DNA from: a virus
Lineage: Duplodnaviria; Caudoviricetes
Virus record (IMG/VR): IMGVR_UViG_3300001528_000621
Location: 32,001-96,000 of that record
Length of the DNA stretch: 64,000 bases
Reading direction: 5' to 3' (one strand)
Below, in pieces: positions 40,569 through 47,240 of the stretch. Positions within the stretch are counted from its first letter, which is position 1, and each line of letters opens with the position of its first letter. A model generated the notes under the pieces. It saw only the letters and a program-made list of their open reading frames with translations. It ran no database searches and was not told where the DNA came from. The translations under genes and the position numbers were made by a program.

Positions 40569-41210
40569 ATGAGAAAACTACACATAGACTTAAAAGGAGA
40601 TCAGAAGCTGTTCTTTACTAGTGATTTACATGTAGGACATAAAAATGTTCTTAAGTTTTGTAATAGGCCTTTTCTAGATATCAAAGATATGTCTGCAGGT
40701 CTTATTGCAAACTGGAACAGTGTTGTAAGAGACTATGACATTGTGTTTGATCTCGGTGATATGTTCTGGTTTGATAGTCGTCATGAAGTTAGGAAATTTG
40801 TAAGCAAGTTGAATGGACGTATCTACAAAGTACCAGGCAATCATGATATGGATAGCAAAAAGCTCTTTGAACTTTGTGATCCAGGAAAAGTTGAGGTTTT
40901 AGACGATATTAATACTCTCTGGGTTACAGGACTTCTAGAAGGTAAGAAGTCTCTGGAGATTGTAGTGTGTCATTATCCTTTAGCAACATTTCCGCATTTT
41001 GAACATGCAATTCAGCTTTTTGGTCACATTCACAGCGGACCGTTGTCGGACAACGAAGTAGATATACCTGGAAAAGATTTGATCCTTAAAGAAGGAAAGC
41101 AGTACGACGTAGGTGTAGACAACAACGACTACCGTCCTGTAGAAATTCGAGAGATACTTAAAAAGCTTAACAAACCTGTGTACAATTTTGGAGTATCAGA
41201 AGATTTTTAG
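40569..41210 (+). CDS. Calcineurin-like metallophosphoesterase
   Basis: SDLH, LGD, GNHD, CHYP, GHIH, DVGVD. Confidence 0.9.
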   Translation: MRKLHIDLKGDQKLFFTSDLHVGHKNVLKFCNRPFLDIKDMSAGLIANWNSVVRDYDIVFDLGDMFWFDSRHEVRKFVSKLNGRIYKVPGNHDMDSKKLFELCDPGKVEVLDDINTLWVTGLLEGKKSLEIVVCHYPLATFPHFEHAIQLFGHIHSGPLSDNEVDIPGKDLILKEGKQYDVGVDNNDYRPVEIREILKKLNKPVYNFGVSEDF

Positions 41211-41242
41211 ATATTAAATCTTGAAGAAAATTAATAAAGTGT

Positions 41243-41746
41243 ATGGAAAAGTTAAGATACATCAGTACGCAGTTTAGAAAGAAAATCGTAGAAGCCTACA
41301 TTAAGGAATTTAATGTTCCGGTAGCTAGTGATAAAGAAGAAGCAGATGTAGAGGCTTTCTTGTTTGGTGATGATTTTAACCGTAGGCTGATTGATGTAGC
41401 TTTTGACCGGGCTGACCTAGAGGTAGACAGAGATAAGTATCAGCAACACTCTGACGAATACTTTAGAGACGTTGTAAGAGAGCTGCCTCAGTATCGGCCC
41501 ACGACCGTAATTACTTCATTGGACGGTCCTTGGACTGTAGACAGTAGCGACGACGTTAAAGTTGACCAGGTTAATTGGAATCTTCCGGACTTAATTTCAG
41601 TTCCTCTTGATAAGAAACAGTTAATCTATATAGGTGCTATGATTTTTTTAGCTACAAGAGGAGGAGTAATGGATCAGTCGGACGTAGCAAGAGCTTTTAC
41701 AGTGTCGTCAGATATCTACAAGAAGTTTGTAGAATCAGAAAATTAG
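41243..41746 (+). CDS. Hypothetical protein
   Basis: 167-aa ORF. Confidence 0.55.
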   Translation: MEKLRYISTQFRKKIVEAYIKEFNVPVASDKEEADVEAFLFGDDFNRRLIDVAFDRADLEVDRDKYQQHSDEYFRDVVRELPQYRPTTVITSLDGPWTVDSSDDVKVDQVNWNLPDLISVPLDKKQLIYIGAMIFLATRGGVMDQSDVARAFTVSSDIYKKFVESEN

Positions 41747-41811
41747 ATATCTTTAGGATATTAGGTTTTTAGAAAATAGAGCCTATTTAATAACGTATAT
41801 TCACGATAGCT

Positions 41812-41919
41812 ATGAAACAGAGTAATGATCTACATATTGACTTCAATCAGCCCGCAACAGCAGCGAAAGGTTGTGTGAAGTTTTATGCATCACTCTGGAC
41901 AGATAGACTAACGCCGTAG
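41812..41919 (+). CDS. Possible 35-aa small ORF ahead of the tRNA array
   Basis: MKQSNDLHIDFNQPATAAKGCVKFYASLWTDRLTP*, between promoter-like motifs and a terminator. Confidence 0.3.
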   Translation: MKQSNDLHIDFNQPATAAKGCVKFYASLWTDRLTP

Positions 41920-41956
41920 GTTTGGACGCTCTTTTTGGTTGTTTTCATTATATCTC

Positions 41957-41989
41957 ACCTCGGCACTAGAAATAGAGTCGAGGTTTTTT
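41957..41989 (+). terminator. Intrinsic terminator
   Basis: ACCTCGGC..GTCGAGGT hairpin followed by TTTTT. Confidence 0.65.
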
Positions 41990-41997
41990 AATAAAAG

Positions 41998-42186
41998 TTT
42001 TTGATTAAGCAAGAAAAGCTATTATCTTTAGCTTGTTGAAGAAAAATAGATAGGCCTTCTTAGTATAAAGGTCATTACAGCTGATTTGTAATCAGTTAAT
42101 GTCGGTTCGATTCCGGCAGAAGGCTCAAAAAAAAAATAAAAATTATTTTTGATCAAGCAAGAAAAGTTACTATCTTTAGCTTATTA
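41998..42186 (+). promoter_or_regulatory. Duplicated promoter (Bacteroidota-like TTTG ... TATCTTTA) driving the tRNA array
   Basis: Near-identical copies of TTTTGATyAAGCAAGAAAAGyTAyTATCTTTAGCTT; TATCTTTA at 42023 and 42171. Confidence 0.7.
42054..42125 (+). tRNA. tRNA-Thr(TGT)
   Basis: Acceptor GCCTTCT/AGAAGGC; anticodon arm GCTGA-TTTGTAA-TCAGT; T-loop TTCGATT. Confidence 0.9.
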
Positions 42187-42252
42187 AGAATGGTAGATCA
42201 TTGATAAGTTTGAAAAACACTTACTACGGAATTGAGAAAGGAAGTAGTACAC

Positions 42253-42325
42253 GGACCCGTAGCTCTAATGGTAGAGCGGAGGCCTGAAGAGCCTCGCGTT
42301 GGTGGTTCGAGTCCGCCCGGGTCCA
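42253..42325 (+). tRNA. tRNA-Phe(GAA)
   Basis: Acceptor GGACCCG/CGGGTCC; GAGGC-CTGAAGA-GCCTC. Confidence 0.92.
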
Positions 42326-42349
42326 CAACTTTAGTAAAAATAAAAGCGA

Positions 42350-42464
42350 GTTCTTAGTCTTGGTTCGAGTCCAAGCTGCGTCCTTCTCGAAAGGAATTCA
42401 AAAGCTTACAAAAATCAAATGTAGGTGGGGGCGTGGTAGTTTAGTTGTGTAGAGAACTGGGGAC
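42350..42464 (+). ncRNA. Circularly permuted tRNA-like RNA (Y RNA/YrlA-like topology), copy 1
   Basis: Closing stem GTTCTTAGT/ACTGGGGAC; T-arm CTTGG-TTCGAGT-CCAAG first; then looped acceptor-like helix CTGCGTCC/GGGCGTGG; then D-like TAGTTTAGTTGTGTAGA. Confidence 0.5.
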
Positions 42465-42486
42465 AAGTTTTTAGGAAAAATGGAAA

Positions 42487-42560
42487 GCACCTGTAGCTGA
42501 ATTGGTAAAGCACCAGCCTTTTAAGTTGTGTGATTGCGAGTTCGATCCTCGCCGGGTGCA
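42487..42560 (+). tRNA. tRNA-Lys(TTT)
   Basis: Acceptor GCACCTG/CGGGTGC; CAGC-CTTTTAA-GTTG. Confidence 0.85.
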
Positions 42561-42565
42561 CGAAA

Positions 42566-42640
42566 TCCTAGCTCTTGGGAGTTCGACTCTCCTTGCCGGC
42601 TTTCACGCCGATATTTACAGGACCGGTGCCTGTGCTAGGA
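42566..42640 (+). ncRNA. Circularly permuted tRNA-like RNA (Y RNA/YrlA-like topology), copy 2
   Basis: Closing stem TCCTAGC/GCTAGGA; T-arm GGAG-TTCGACT-CTCC; closed acceptor-like hairpin CGGC-TTTCAC-GCCG; D-like arm ACAGG-ACCGGTG-CCTGT containing GG. Confidence 0.6.
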
Positions 42641-42643
42641 CAT

Positions 42644-42715
42644 GTCCGGATCATCTAATAGGTAGGATACTACCCTCTCAAGGTAGAAACCCGAGTTCGA
42701 TCCTCGGTCCGGATA
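42644..42715 (+). tRNA. tRNA-Glu(CTC)
   Basis: Acceptor GTCCGGA/TCCGGAT; CTACC-CTCTCAA-GGTAG. Confidence 0.88.
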
Positions 42716-42719
42716 CAAT

Positions 42720-42795
42720 TTAGTCTTCGTTCAGTTGGTCAAGGACATTTCTTTTACAAAGAAAAGATTTAGCAGTTCGAATCTGCTAGACCCTA
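42720..42795 (+). tRNA. tRNA-Val(TAC) with acceptor pairs 1-3 mismatched (degenerate or edited)
   Basis: Intact D arm, anticodon arm TTTCT-TTTACAA-AGAAA and T arm; acceptor TTAGTCT vs AGACCCT pairs only at positions 4-7. Confidence 0.55.
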
Positions 42796-42799
42796 CAAA

Positions 42800-42945
42800 A
42801 GCTTTACTAGAGGTTAAGAGCTAGTCACTGGGGGACAAAAGAATAAGCTACGAAAAGAGTCGTCCGGAGACTCTAACAAGCTAGATCTTTTTTAGAACAG
42901 TGGCCGTAGACCTTTAATTCAACGTATGGTAAGAAAGGTAAAGCT
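42800..42945 (+). ncRNA. Unknown rod-like structured RNA
   Basis: Nested helices AGCTTTAC/GTAAAGCT, AGAGGTT/GACCTTT, GTCACTG/CAGTGGC, AGAGTC/GACTCT, filling the space between two tRNAs. Confidence 0.45.
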
Positions 42946-42950
42946 AATTT

Positions 42951-43038
42951 ACCCTGATGGTGAAACTGGTAGCCACCCTGGACTTAGGATCCAGTGCGAA
43001 GTAATAATAGCGTGAGGGTTCGAATCCCTCTCAGGGTA
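42951..43038 (+). tRNA. tRNA-Leu(TAG)
   Basis: Acceptor ACCCTGA/TCAGGGT; CTGGA-CTTAGGA-TCCAG; long variable arm. Confidence 0.9.
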
Positions 43039-43146
43039 CAGCATCTAAAAGTAAATACTTTTGTGAATTAGCTACCTAGTTAGGAAGCTTCAGTAGCGTG
43101 GAAGATCGGAACGGCCGCCAGGCAACAGAAAGAGCCGCCGACACTT

Positions 43147-43235
43147 GGGAGTGCAGCGACGATGGCGGTGTCGTGCGAGACTGTAAATCTCGTCCTTAAC
43201 GGTAAACATTGCTGGTTCGAATCCAGCCGCTCCCA
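43147..43235 (+). tRNA. tRNA-Tyr(GTA)
   Basis: Acceptor GGGAGTG/CGCTCCC; CGAGA-CTGTAAA-TCTCG; long variable arm. Confidence 0.9.
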
Positions 43236-43342
43236 CAAAGCTATTCTCGCGATACGTTGGTAATCATCTGAAATTGATGTTTCGTAACTACGTAAAGTGA
43301 GTGTGAAGAAGGGACGGTTGAAACAGTCCTAGTTTTTATGAA

Positions 43343-43999
43343 ATGAGATATTGTAAGTATTGTGGAAGGGAAATTGTAGAGGAGAAACACTACAAAGCCT
43401 GTCCTGAATGTAAAAACTATCTTAAGTTACCTTTGTATAGAAAATTAGGATTAGAAACAGGTTCGCTGAAGGAGAGGTATGAAAAATCTTTAGAGATACT
43501 AAAAGATTTGTATTTCAATCAAAAATTAAGTTCTCTAGATATTTGGAAAAGAACAGGAGTAAATTTTCGGACAATGCGTGATTTATTCCAGGAAAATGGA
43601 TTACATACAAGAAATTTTAGCGAGGGGGCTTTGACAGCAATAGCTGAGGGACGTTTACATCTTGGTTCAAATACGAAGTACAAGCACGGCTGGCATACGA
43701 CTTGGGAAGGAATTCAAGTCTACTATAGAAGTTCTTACGAATTAAAGTTTGCAAAGAAGCTTGATTCCGAAAAGATTCCGTATAGAATGGAATTTCTAAA
43801 AATTAAGTATTGGGACACAGAGAAGAATACAGAAAGGACAGCAATTCCGGACTTTTATCTACCAGATACAAAAGAGATTGTAGAGGTAAAGAGTTCTTAT
43901 ACATACAAAAAGCAGGAAATGAAAGATAAGTTTAGTTCATATAGAAAATTGGGATACAAACCCAAGCTACTATTAGGTTCCCAATTTGTTCCATTATAA
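43343..43999 (+). CDS. Free-standing PD-(D/E)xK (TnsA-like) endonuclease with N-terminal Zn finger, putative homing endonuclease
   Basis: CKYC..CPEC, HTH-like middle region, YRSSYE...IPDFYL...IVEVKS; inserted in the tRNA array. Confidence 0.7.
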   Translation: MRYCKYCGREIVEEKHYKACPECKNYLKLPLYRKLGLETGSLKERYEKSLEILKDLYFNQKLSSLDIWKRTGVNFRTMRDLFQENGLHTRNFSEGALTAIAEGRLHLGSNTKYKHGWHTTWEGIQVYYRSSYELKFAKKLDSEKIPYRMEFLKIKYWDTEKNTERTAIPDFYLPDTKEIVEVKSSYTYKKQEMKDKFSSYRKLGYKPKLLLGSQFVPL

Positions 44000-44004
44000 T
44001 ATTT

Positions 44005-44075
44005 GGTTCCGTAGTTCAAAGGAAGAACATGAGACTGTTAATCTTAAGATCGGATATCGTGATTCCGCGGGACCG
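44005..44075 (+). tRNA. tRNA-Asn(GTT) with atypical T-loop
   Basis: Acceptor GGTTCCG/CGGGACC; TGAGA-CTGTTAA-TCTTA; T-loop ATCGTGA instead of TTCGAAT. Confidence 0.8.
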
Positions 44076-44107
44076 CACAACCGAACAAAATACAATATCA
44101 TTGGTGT

Positions 44108-44185
44108 AGCTCCATAGCTTAGCGGTTAGAGCTCAAGCTAGCATTTCCAAGTCCAGCGACGTAGGTTCGAATCTTACTGGAGCAG
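44108..44185 (+). ncRNA. tRNA-like element with disrupted anticodon arm (Gly-TCC-like loop)
   Basis: Acceptor GCTCCA/TGGAGC, D arm GCTT-AGCGGTTA-GAGC, T arm GTAGG-TTCGAAT-CTTAC; anticodon arm poorly paired around TTTCCAA. Confidence 0.55.
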
Positions 44186-44202
44186 CTATTTTATTTTGGT
44201 TA

Positions 44203-44265
44203 GAAGTCATGCATGGATGCAGCCGGCCCAGATGCGCTGGTAGCGGGTTCGATTCCCAACACTTC
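44203..44265 (+). ncRNA. Miniature degenerate tRNA-like element
   Basis: GAAGT/ACTTC stem, TGCA-TGGA-TGCA, GCCGGC-CCAGATGC-GCTGGT, GGG-TTCGATT-CCC. Confidence 0.4.
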
Positions 44266-44266
44266 G

Positions 44267-44337
44267 GACTCTATAGCTCAGTCAGGGCAGAGCAAGCACA
44301 GTTAGCTATGTCGTAGGTTCGAATCCTACTAGAGTCG
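44267..44337 (+). ncRNA. tRNA-like element with shortened anticodon arm
   Basis: Perfect acceptor GACTCTA/TAGAGTC, D arm GCTC..GAGC, T arm GTAGG-TTCGAAT-CCTAC; anticodon arm only AGC-ACAGTTA-GCT, lacking U33. Confidence 0.6.
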
Positions 44338-44344
44338 CTAAATT

Positions 44345-44416
44345 GGTTCCATAGGTCAACGGTTAGACTAAGTGCCTCTTAAGCATTGGATCCGGATTCG
44401 AATTCCGGTGGGACCA
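44345..44416 (+). tRNA. tRNA-Lys(CTT)
   Basis: Acceptor GGTTCCA/TGGGACC; AGTGC-CTCTTAA-GCATT. Confidence 0.88.
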
Positions 44417-44425
44417 CAAAATTTT

Positions 44426-44502
44426 GGTGCATGGGTCTGCATGGAGTGGACGCCTGACTGTCACTCAGGAGATACAGATGGGTTCAATTCCCATATGCAC
44501 CG
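44426..44502 (+). tRNA. tRNA-Asp(GTC)
   Basis: Acceptor GGTGCAT/ATGCACC; CCTGA-CTGTCAC-TCAGG; G73. Confidence 0.88.
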
Positions 44503-44532
44503 CACATTTCGGGATACAGAATATATAAAATT

Positions 44533-44607
44533 CGAGAAGTGCGCCAGAGGTCTACGCGGCTGGTTTTGGGAACCAGATTTTCGTGAGTTCGAATCTCACC
44601 TTCTCGA
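44533..44607 (+). tRNA. tRNA-Pro(TGG)
   Basis: Acceptor CGAGAAG/CTTCTCG; CTGGT-TTTGGGA-ACCAG. Confidence 0.88.
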
Positions 44608-44642
44608 CTATTTTTTCAAGAAAGCGGTTCGAGTTACTATTT

Positions 44643-44715
44643 GGGTCCTTAGTGATAACGGCCAGCACGGTAGCTTTGCAAGCTTCAGGTAGGAGTTCGA
44701 TTCTCCTAGGATCCA
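44643..44715 (+). tRNA. tRNA-Ala(TGC)
   Basis: Acceptor GGGTCCT/AGGATCC with G3:U70; loop TTTGCAA. Confidence 0.88.
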
Positions 44716-44722
44716 CAAAAAT

Positions 44723-44794
44723 GCCCGGTTGTTGTAACGGATAGCAGACAAGTCTTCGAAACTTAGGGTCCGGGTTCGAATCCTGGACCGGGCA
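44723..44794 (+). tRNA. tRNA-Arg(TCG)
   Basis: Acceptor GCCCGGT/ACCGGGC; AAGT-CTTCGAA-ACTT. Confidence 0.88.
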
Positions 44795-44795
44795 C

Positions 44796-44915
44796 AAAGA
44801 CTACTAACTATGGATAACCGGGTTAGAGTTGCTGAAATCAGAAATCGAGGGCCCTTCTCGACATTAATACTTAAGGGTTTCATGGCGGTTGCGCCAGGTA
44901 GGTTGTGTAGTCTTT
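44796..44915 (+). ncRNA. Unknown rod-like structured RNA
   Basis: Nested helices AAAGACTAC/GTAGTCTTT, TAACCG/CGGTTG, TGAAATC/GGTTTCA, TCGAG/CTCGA. Confidence 0.45.
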
Positions 44916-44928
44916 TTTATTTTGAAAA

Positions 44929-45291
44929 ATGGTTGGGGAAATAAGGATATTTGCAGGAACTTCTATACCGGAAGGATGGCTTTTATGTGACGGAAGCTAC
45001 TTAGATTCAAACGCATATTTAGCTTTGTTTTCTGTAATTGGAAACACTTTTGGAGGAAAGTCTGGAAAATTTAGAATACCAGAACTTAAAGGCCCGGTTG
45101 ATGATGTTACAGCTAAGCTGAAGACTTCTGTAAACGGAATGGATGCTAATCACGACGTCGTTGTAACCCTAAATCAGAACAAAAATTTAAGATACATTAT
45201 ACAATTTAAGGAAGAGGGATTGAATGTTGTTCAAAAAGCAGAGGTTCAAGCAATGATTGATGCTTCCGCTCAGACAGTTCCTGAATCTTAG
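44929..45291 (+). CDS. Phage tail collar domain protein
   Basis: VGEIRIFAG...PEGWLLCDG....Y.ALFSVIG.TFGG...FRIPEL. Confidence 0.85.
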   Translation: MVGEIRIFAGTSIPEGWLLCDGSYLDSNAYLALFSVIGNTFGGKSGKFRIPELKGPVDDVTAKLKTSVNGMDANHDVVVTLNQNKNLRYIIQFKEEGLNVVQKAEVQAMIDASAQTVPES

Positions 45292-45299
45292 AAAAATAT

Positions 45300-45373
45300 G
45301 GTGGATGTGGCCGAACGGTTTAGGCACCACACTGTGGATGTGGTTCATGCGAGTTCGAATCTCGTCATTCACC
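45300..45373 (+). tRNA. tRNA-His(GTG) with encoded G-1
   Basis: G-GTGGATG/CATTCAC-C; CCACA-CTGTGGA-TGTGG. Confidence 0.9.
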
Positions 45374-45378
45374 CACTG

Positions 45379-45525
45379 CTACGCTATGTCCGTGTGAAAG
45401 GCGTAGGACCCTTGCGTGTTACGGGTACGGCGAAGGGTTCGGTGAGTTGAACAAGGCGTAAGCTCAGAAGAGCTGGGAAAACTCATGGTAGAGGTACCGA
45501 ACGTTTTTTGGCTGAAAGCCTCTAC
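45379..45525 (+). ncRNA. Unknown multi-hairpin RNA between tRNA-His and tRNA-Thr
   Basis: Four consecutive stems: CTACGCT/GGCGTAG, GACCCTT/AAGGGTT, TGAGTT/AACTCA (enclosing AGCTC-AGAA-GAGCT), GTAGAGG/CCTCTAC. Confidence 0.45.
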
Positions 45526-45530
45526 GACCG

Positions 45531-45602
45531 GCTGAGTTAGTTAAGTAGGAAGAACACTACTGTGGTATAGTAGAGACGCCAGTTCGATTCTGACACTCAG
45601 CT
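45531..45602 (+). tRNA. tRNA-Thr(GGT)
   Basis: Acceptor GCTGAGT/ACTCAGC; CTACT-GTGGTAT-AGTAG. Confidence 0.82.
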
Positions 45603-45616
45603 CTAATTTAATATCT

Positions 45617-46438
45617 ATGGAACTTTGGGAAAGATTTTGGAATAGTTTTGTACAAAGTGGACCTGTTCAACATATGAAATTTCACGAATACGATCGAATA
45701 GGTAACTATTTTGGAGGAAATATACCAGAAGACGTGACAGAGTCTTTTTTTGCAGATAAATACGGAAGAAGGGACCTAGTTCTTGAAAATCTTCAAAGTC
45801 ACGATGCAAAAGGACTGGTTGAGAGAATTAAAGAGCTTTTAGGAAAAGAAACAATTCGGTACGTAGAATTTCCACATAGAACAGGAGAGAAGGTTTACAT
45901 TGAACTCACCATAGCTTCACCAGAGCTGGTAAAGAGTGTTGTTAGTTCTGAAAAGTTTCAAAAACTAATTAAGTTCTATAATTACACTTTAGATCAGGTA
46001 GCAGGATCAAAAATTTCTCTTGAACCTAATTTTCCTAAAGTTCTAGACATTCCTGACGGAGCTTGGATCTATCATCTCGTTTGGTCAAAAGCTGTAACAG
46101 GTACAAGACCTGGATCAATCTCAATGGTAGATTCAATATTGAAGAACGGGCTTAGACCCAAAGATCACAACCAGTACAGATCCTACGGGGATAGTAAGGT
46201 TTTTGGATGGTACTTTGGAACAACTAGAAGATTCGAGGTTCTTGAAAAACTTAGAAAAGGTAGCGAAGAGCTTGGATTTGAACAAGAACATTGGGACAAA
46301 AACGAGGTGATTGTTTTAGGTATTAGAAACAGTAGAAACTTCAAGTGGTACCAAGATTCAGCAATGTATTCAGAGGGAGCTTGTTTTTCATATGATTTTA
46401 TACCTCCGCAATTCATTTCAAAAGTCTATCCAAAATAG
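45617..46438 (+). CDS. Paralog family A protein with C-terminal ADP-ribosyltransferase/Tpt1-like fold
   Basis: IYHL...SILKNGLRP...KVF...WYQD....FSYDFIPPQFI; shares the ENLQ(S/T)HD motif with 52628 and 53608. Confidence 0.55.
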   Translation: MELWERFWNSFVQSGPVQHMKFHEYDRIGNYFGGNIPEDVTESFFADKYGRRDLVLENLQSHDAKGLVERIKELLGKETIRYVEFPHRTGEKVYIELTIASPELVKSVVSSEKFQKLIKFYNYTLDQVAGSKISLEPNFPKVLDIPDGAWIYHLVWSKAVTGTRPGSISMVDSILKNGLRPKDHNQYRSYGDSKVFGWYFGTTRRFEVLEKLRKGSEELGFEQEHWDKNEVIVLGIRNSRNFKWYQDSAMYSEGACFSYDFIPPQFISKVYPK

Positions 46439-46446
46439 GTAAAAAA

Positions 46447-46519
46447 GCTCTTTTCGTCTAGTGGACTAGGACATCTCATTCGTAACGAGAAAACGACTTT
46501 TCGAGTAAGTCAAGGAGCT
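46447..46519 (+). tRNA. tRNA-Thr(CGT)
   Basis: Acceptor GCTCTTT/AAGGAGC; TCTC-A-TTCGTAA-C-GAGA; T arm GACTT-TTCGAGT-AAGTC. Confidence 0.78.
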
Positions 46520-46579
46520 CTAAATCTAATTTGAATATTCAACTTCTCTAATTATCTTTAGAAAGAAGTTAGAAGATAT

Positions 46580-46651
46580 GCAGTGTTAGTATAACGGTTA
46601 GTACGCTAGCTTGCCATGCTAGAGATATCGGTTCGATTCTGGTACGCTGCT
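46580..46651 (+). tRNA. tRNA-Gly(GCC)
   Basis: Acceptor GCAGTGT/ACGCTGC; CTAGC-TTGCCAT-GCTAG; U73. Confidence 0.88.
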
Positions 46652-46708
46652 CTAAAAGTATACCTATAATTTTGAATAATAGGTTATTTTACCTATAATT
46701 TAGAAAAA

Positions 46709-46780
46709 GGCCGTGTTAGTGAGAGGTTTAGCTGCTGGTCTGCAAAACCAGTTACACCGGTTCGAATCCGGTCACGGCTT
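46709..46780 (+). tRNA. tRNA-Cys(GCA)
   Basis: Acceptor GGCCGTG/CACGGCT; CTGGT-CTGCAAA-ACCAG; U73. Confidence 0.88.
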
Positions 46781-46812
46781 CTCAGATACAGGAAACTATT
46801 TAAAAGTAATAA

Positions 46813-46884
46813 GCGGATATAGCACAATGGTTAGTGCTCAAGTCTTCCAAACTTGAGATGTTGGTTCGATTCCGATTATCCGCT
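46813..46884 (+). tRNA. tRNA-Gly(TCC)
   Basis: Acceptor GCGGATA/TATCCGC; CAAGT-CTTCCAA-ACTTG. Confidence 0.9.
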
Positions 46885-46905
46885 CAAATTGAAATCAAAC
46901 TTACA

Positions 46906-47109
46906 ATGGATAAAAGTACCAGAAAGTTTCTTAAGGTTTTGACAATCTTTATTCTAGGATTTGTAGCTCTCGTTACTAATGTTGAAATTTGGAACGTAGC
47001 TTATCTAGGACATTCAGATGGTTTTCACGTGTTTATGTCTATCATAAATTTCCTTTTTGAAGGAACAGTAATTTATTTCATTGCTAAGTCGTGGCTACCG
47101 GACAAGTAG
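46906..47109 (+). CDS. Small two-TM membrane protein
   Basis: MDKSTRKFLKVLTIFILGFVALV... The longer start in the ORF track overlaps tRNA-Gly. Confidence 0.6.
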   Translation: MDKSTRKFLKVLTIFILGFVALVTNVEIWNVAYLGHSDGFHVFMSIINFLFEGTVIYFIAKSWLPDK

Positions 47110-47121
47110 AAGATCTTTAAT

Positions 47122-47198
47122 AGGGTCGTATCTCCTCTGCCTGATAAGCAGTTGAAAGAGTAGTCGGTTACACGTGAGTTCAAATCTCACCGACCCTA
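47122..47198 (+). tRNA. Rearranged tRNA-Ile(GAT): no D-arm at the normal position, D-loop-like sequence 3' of the anticodon arm
   Basis: Acceptor AGGGTCG/CGACCCT, A73, CTGC-CTGATAA-GCAG, T arm GTGAG-TTCAAAT-CTCAC; only 8 nt between the acceptor and anticodon stems. Confidence 0.75.
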
Positions 47199-47240
47199 CT
47201 AACAACACACTGTATCGGAGTTGTCTTATATTTTTAGTTT

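Noticed and set aside
42350-42464. Two-piece (permuted) tmRNA
   Set aside because: No tag reading frame or pseudoknot region follows (tRNA-Lys starts 22 nt later), and there is no tmRNA-type D-loop sequence.
43040-43145. RNase P RNA or HDV-like theta ribozyme after tRNA-Leu
   Set aside because: AACAGAA and GGAAG fragments are present, but I could not build the P4 helix or an HDV double pseudoknot by eye; a covariance-model search is needed.
42502-44883. Short ORFs 42502-42723, 44372-44692, 44552-44797 and 44608-44883 (also 49221-49494)
   Set aside because: They overlap clear tRNA genes and are spurious.
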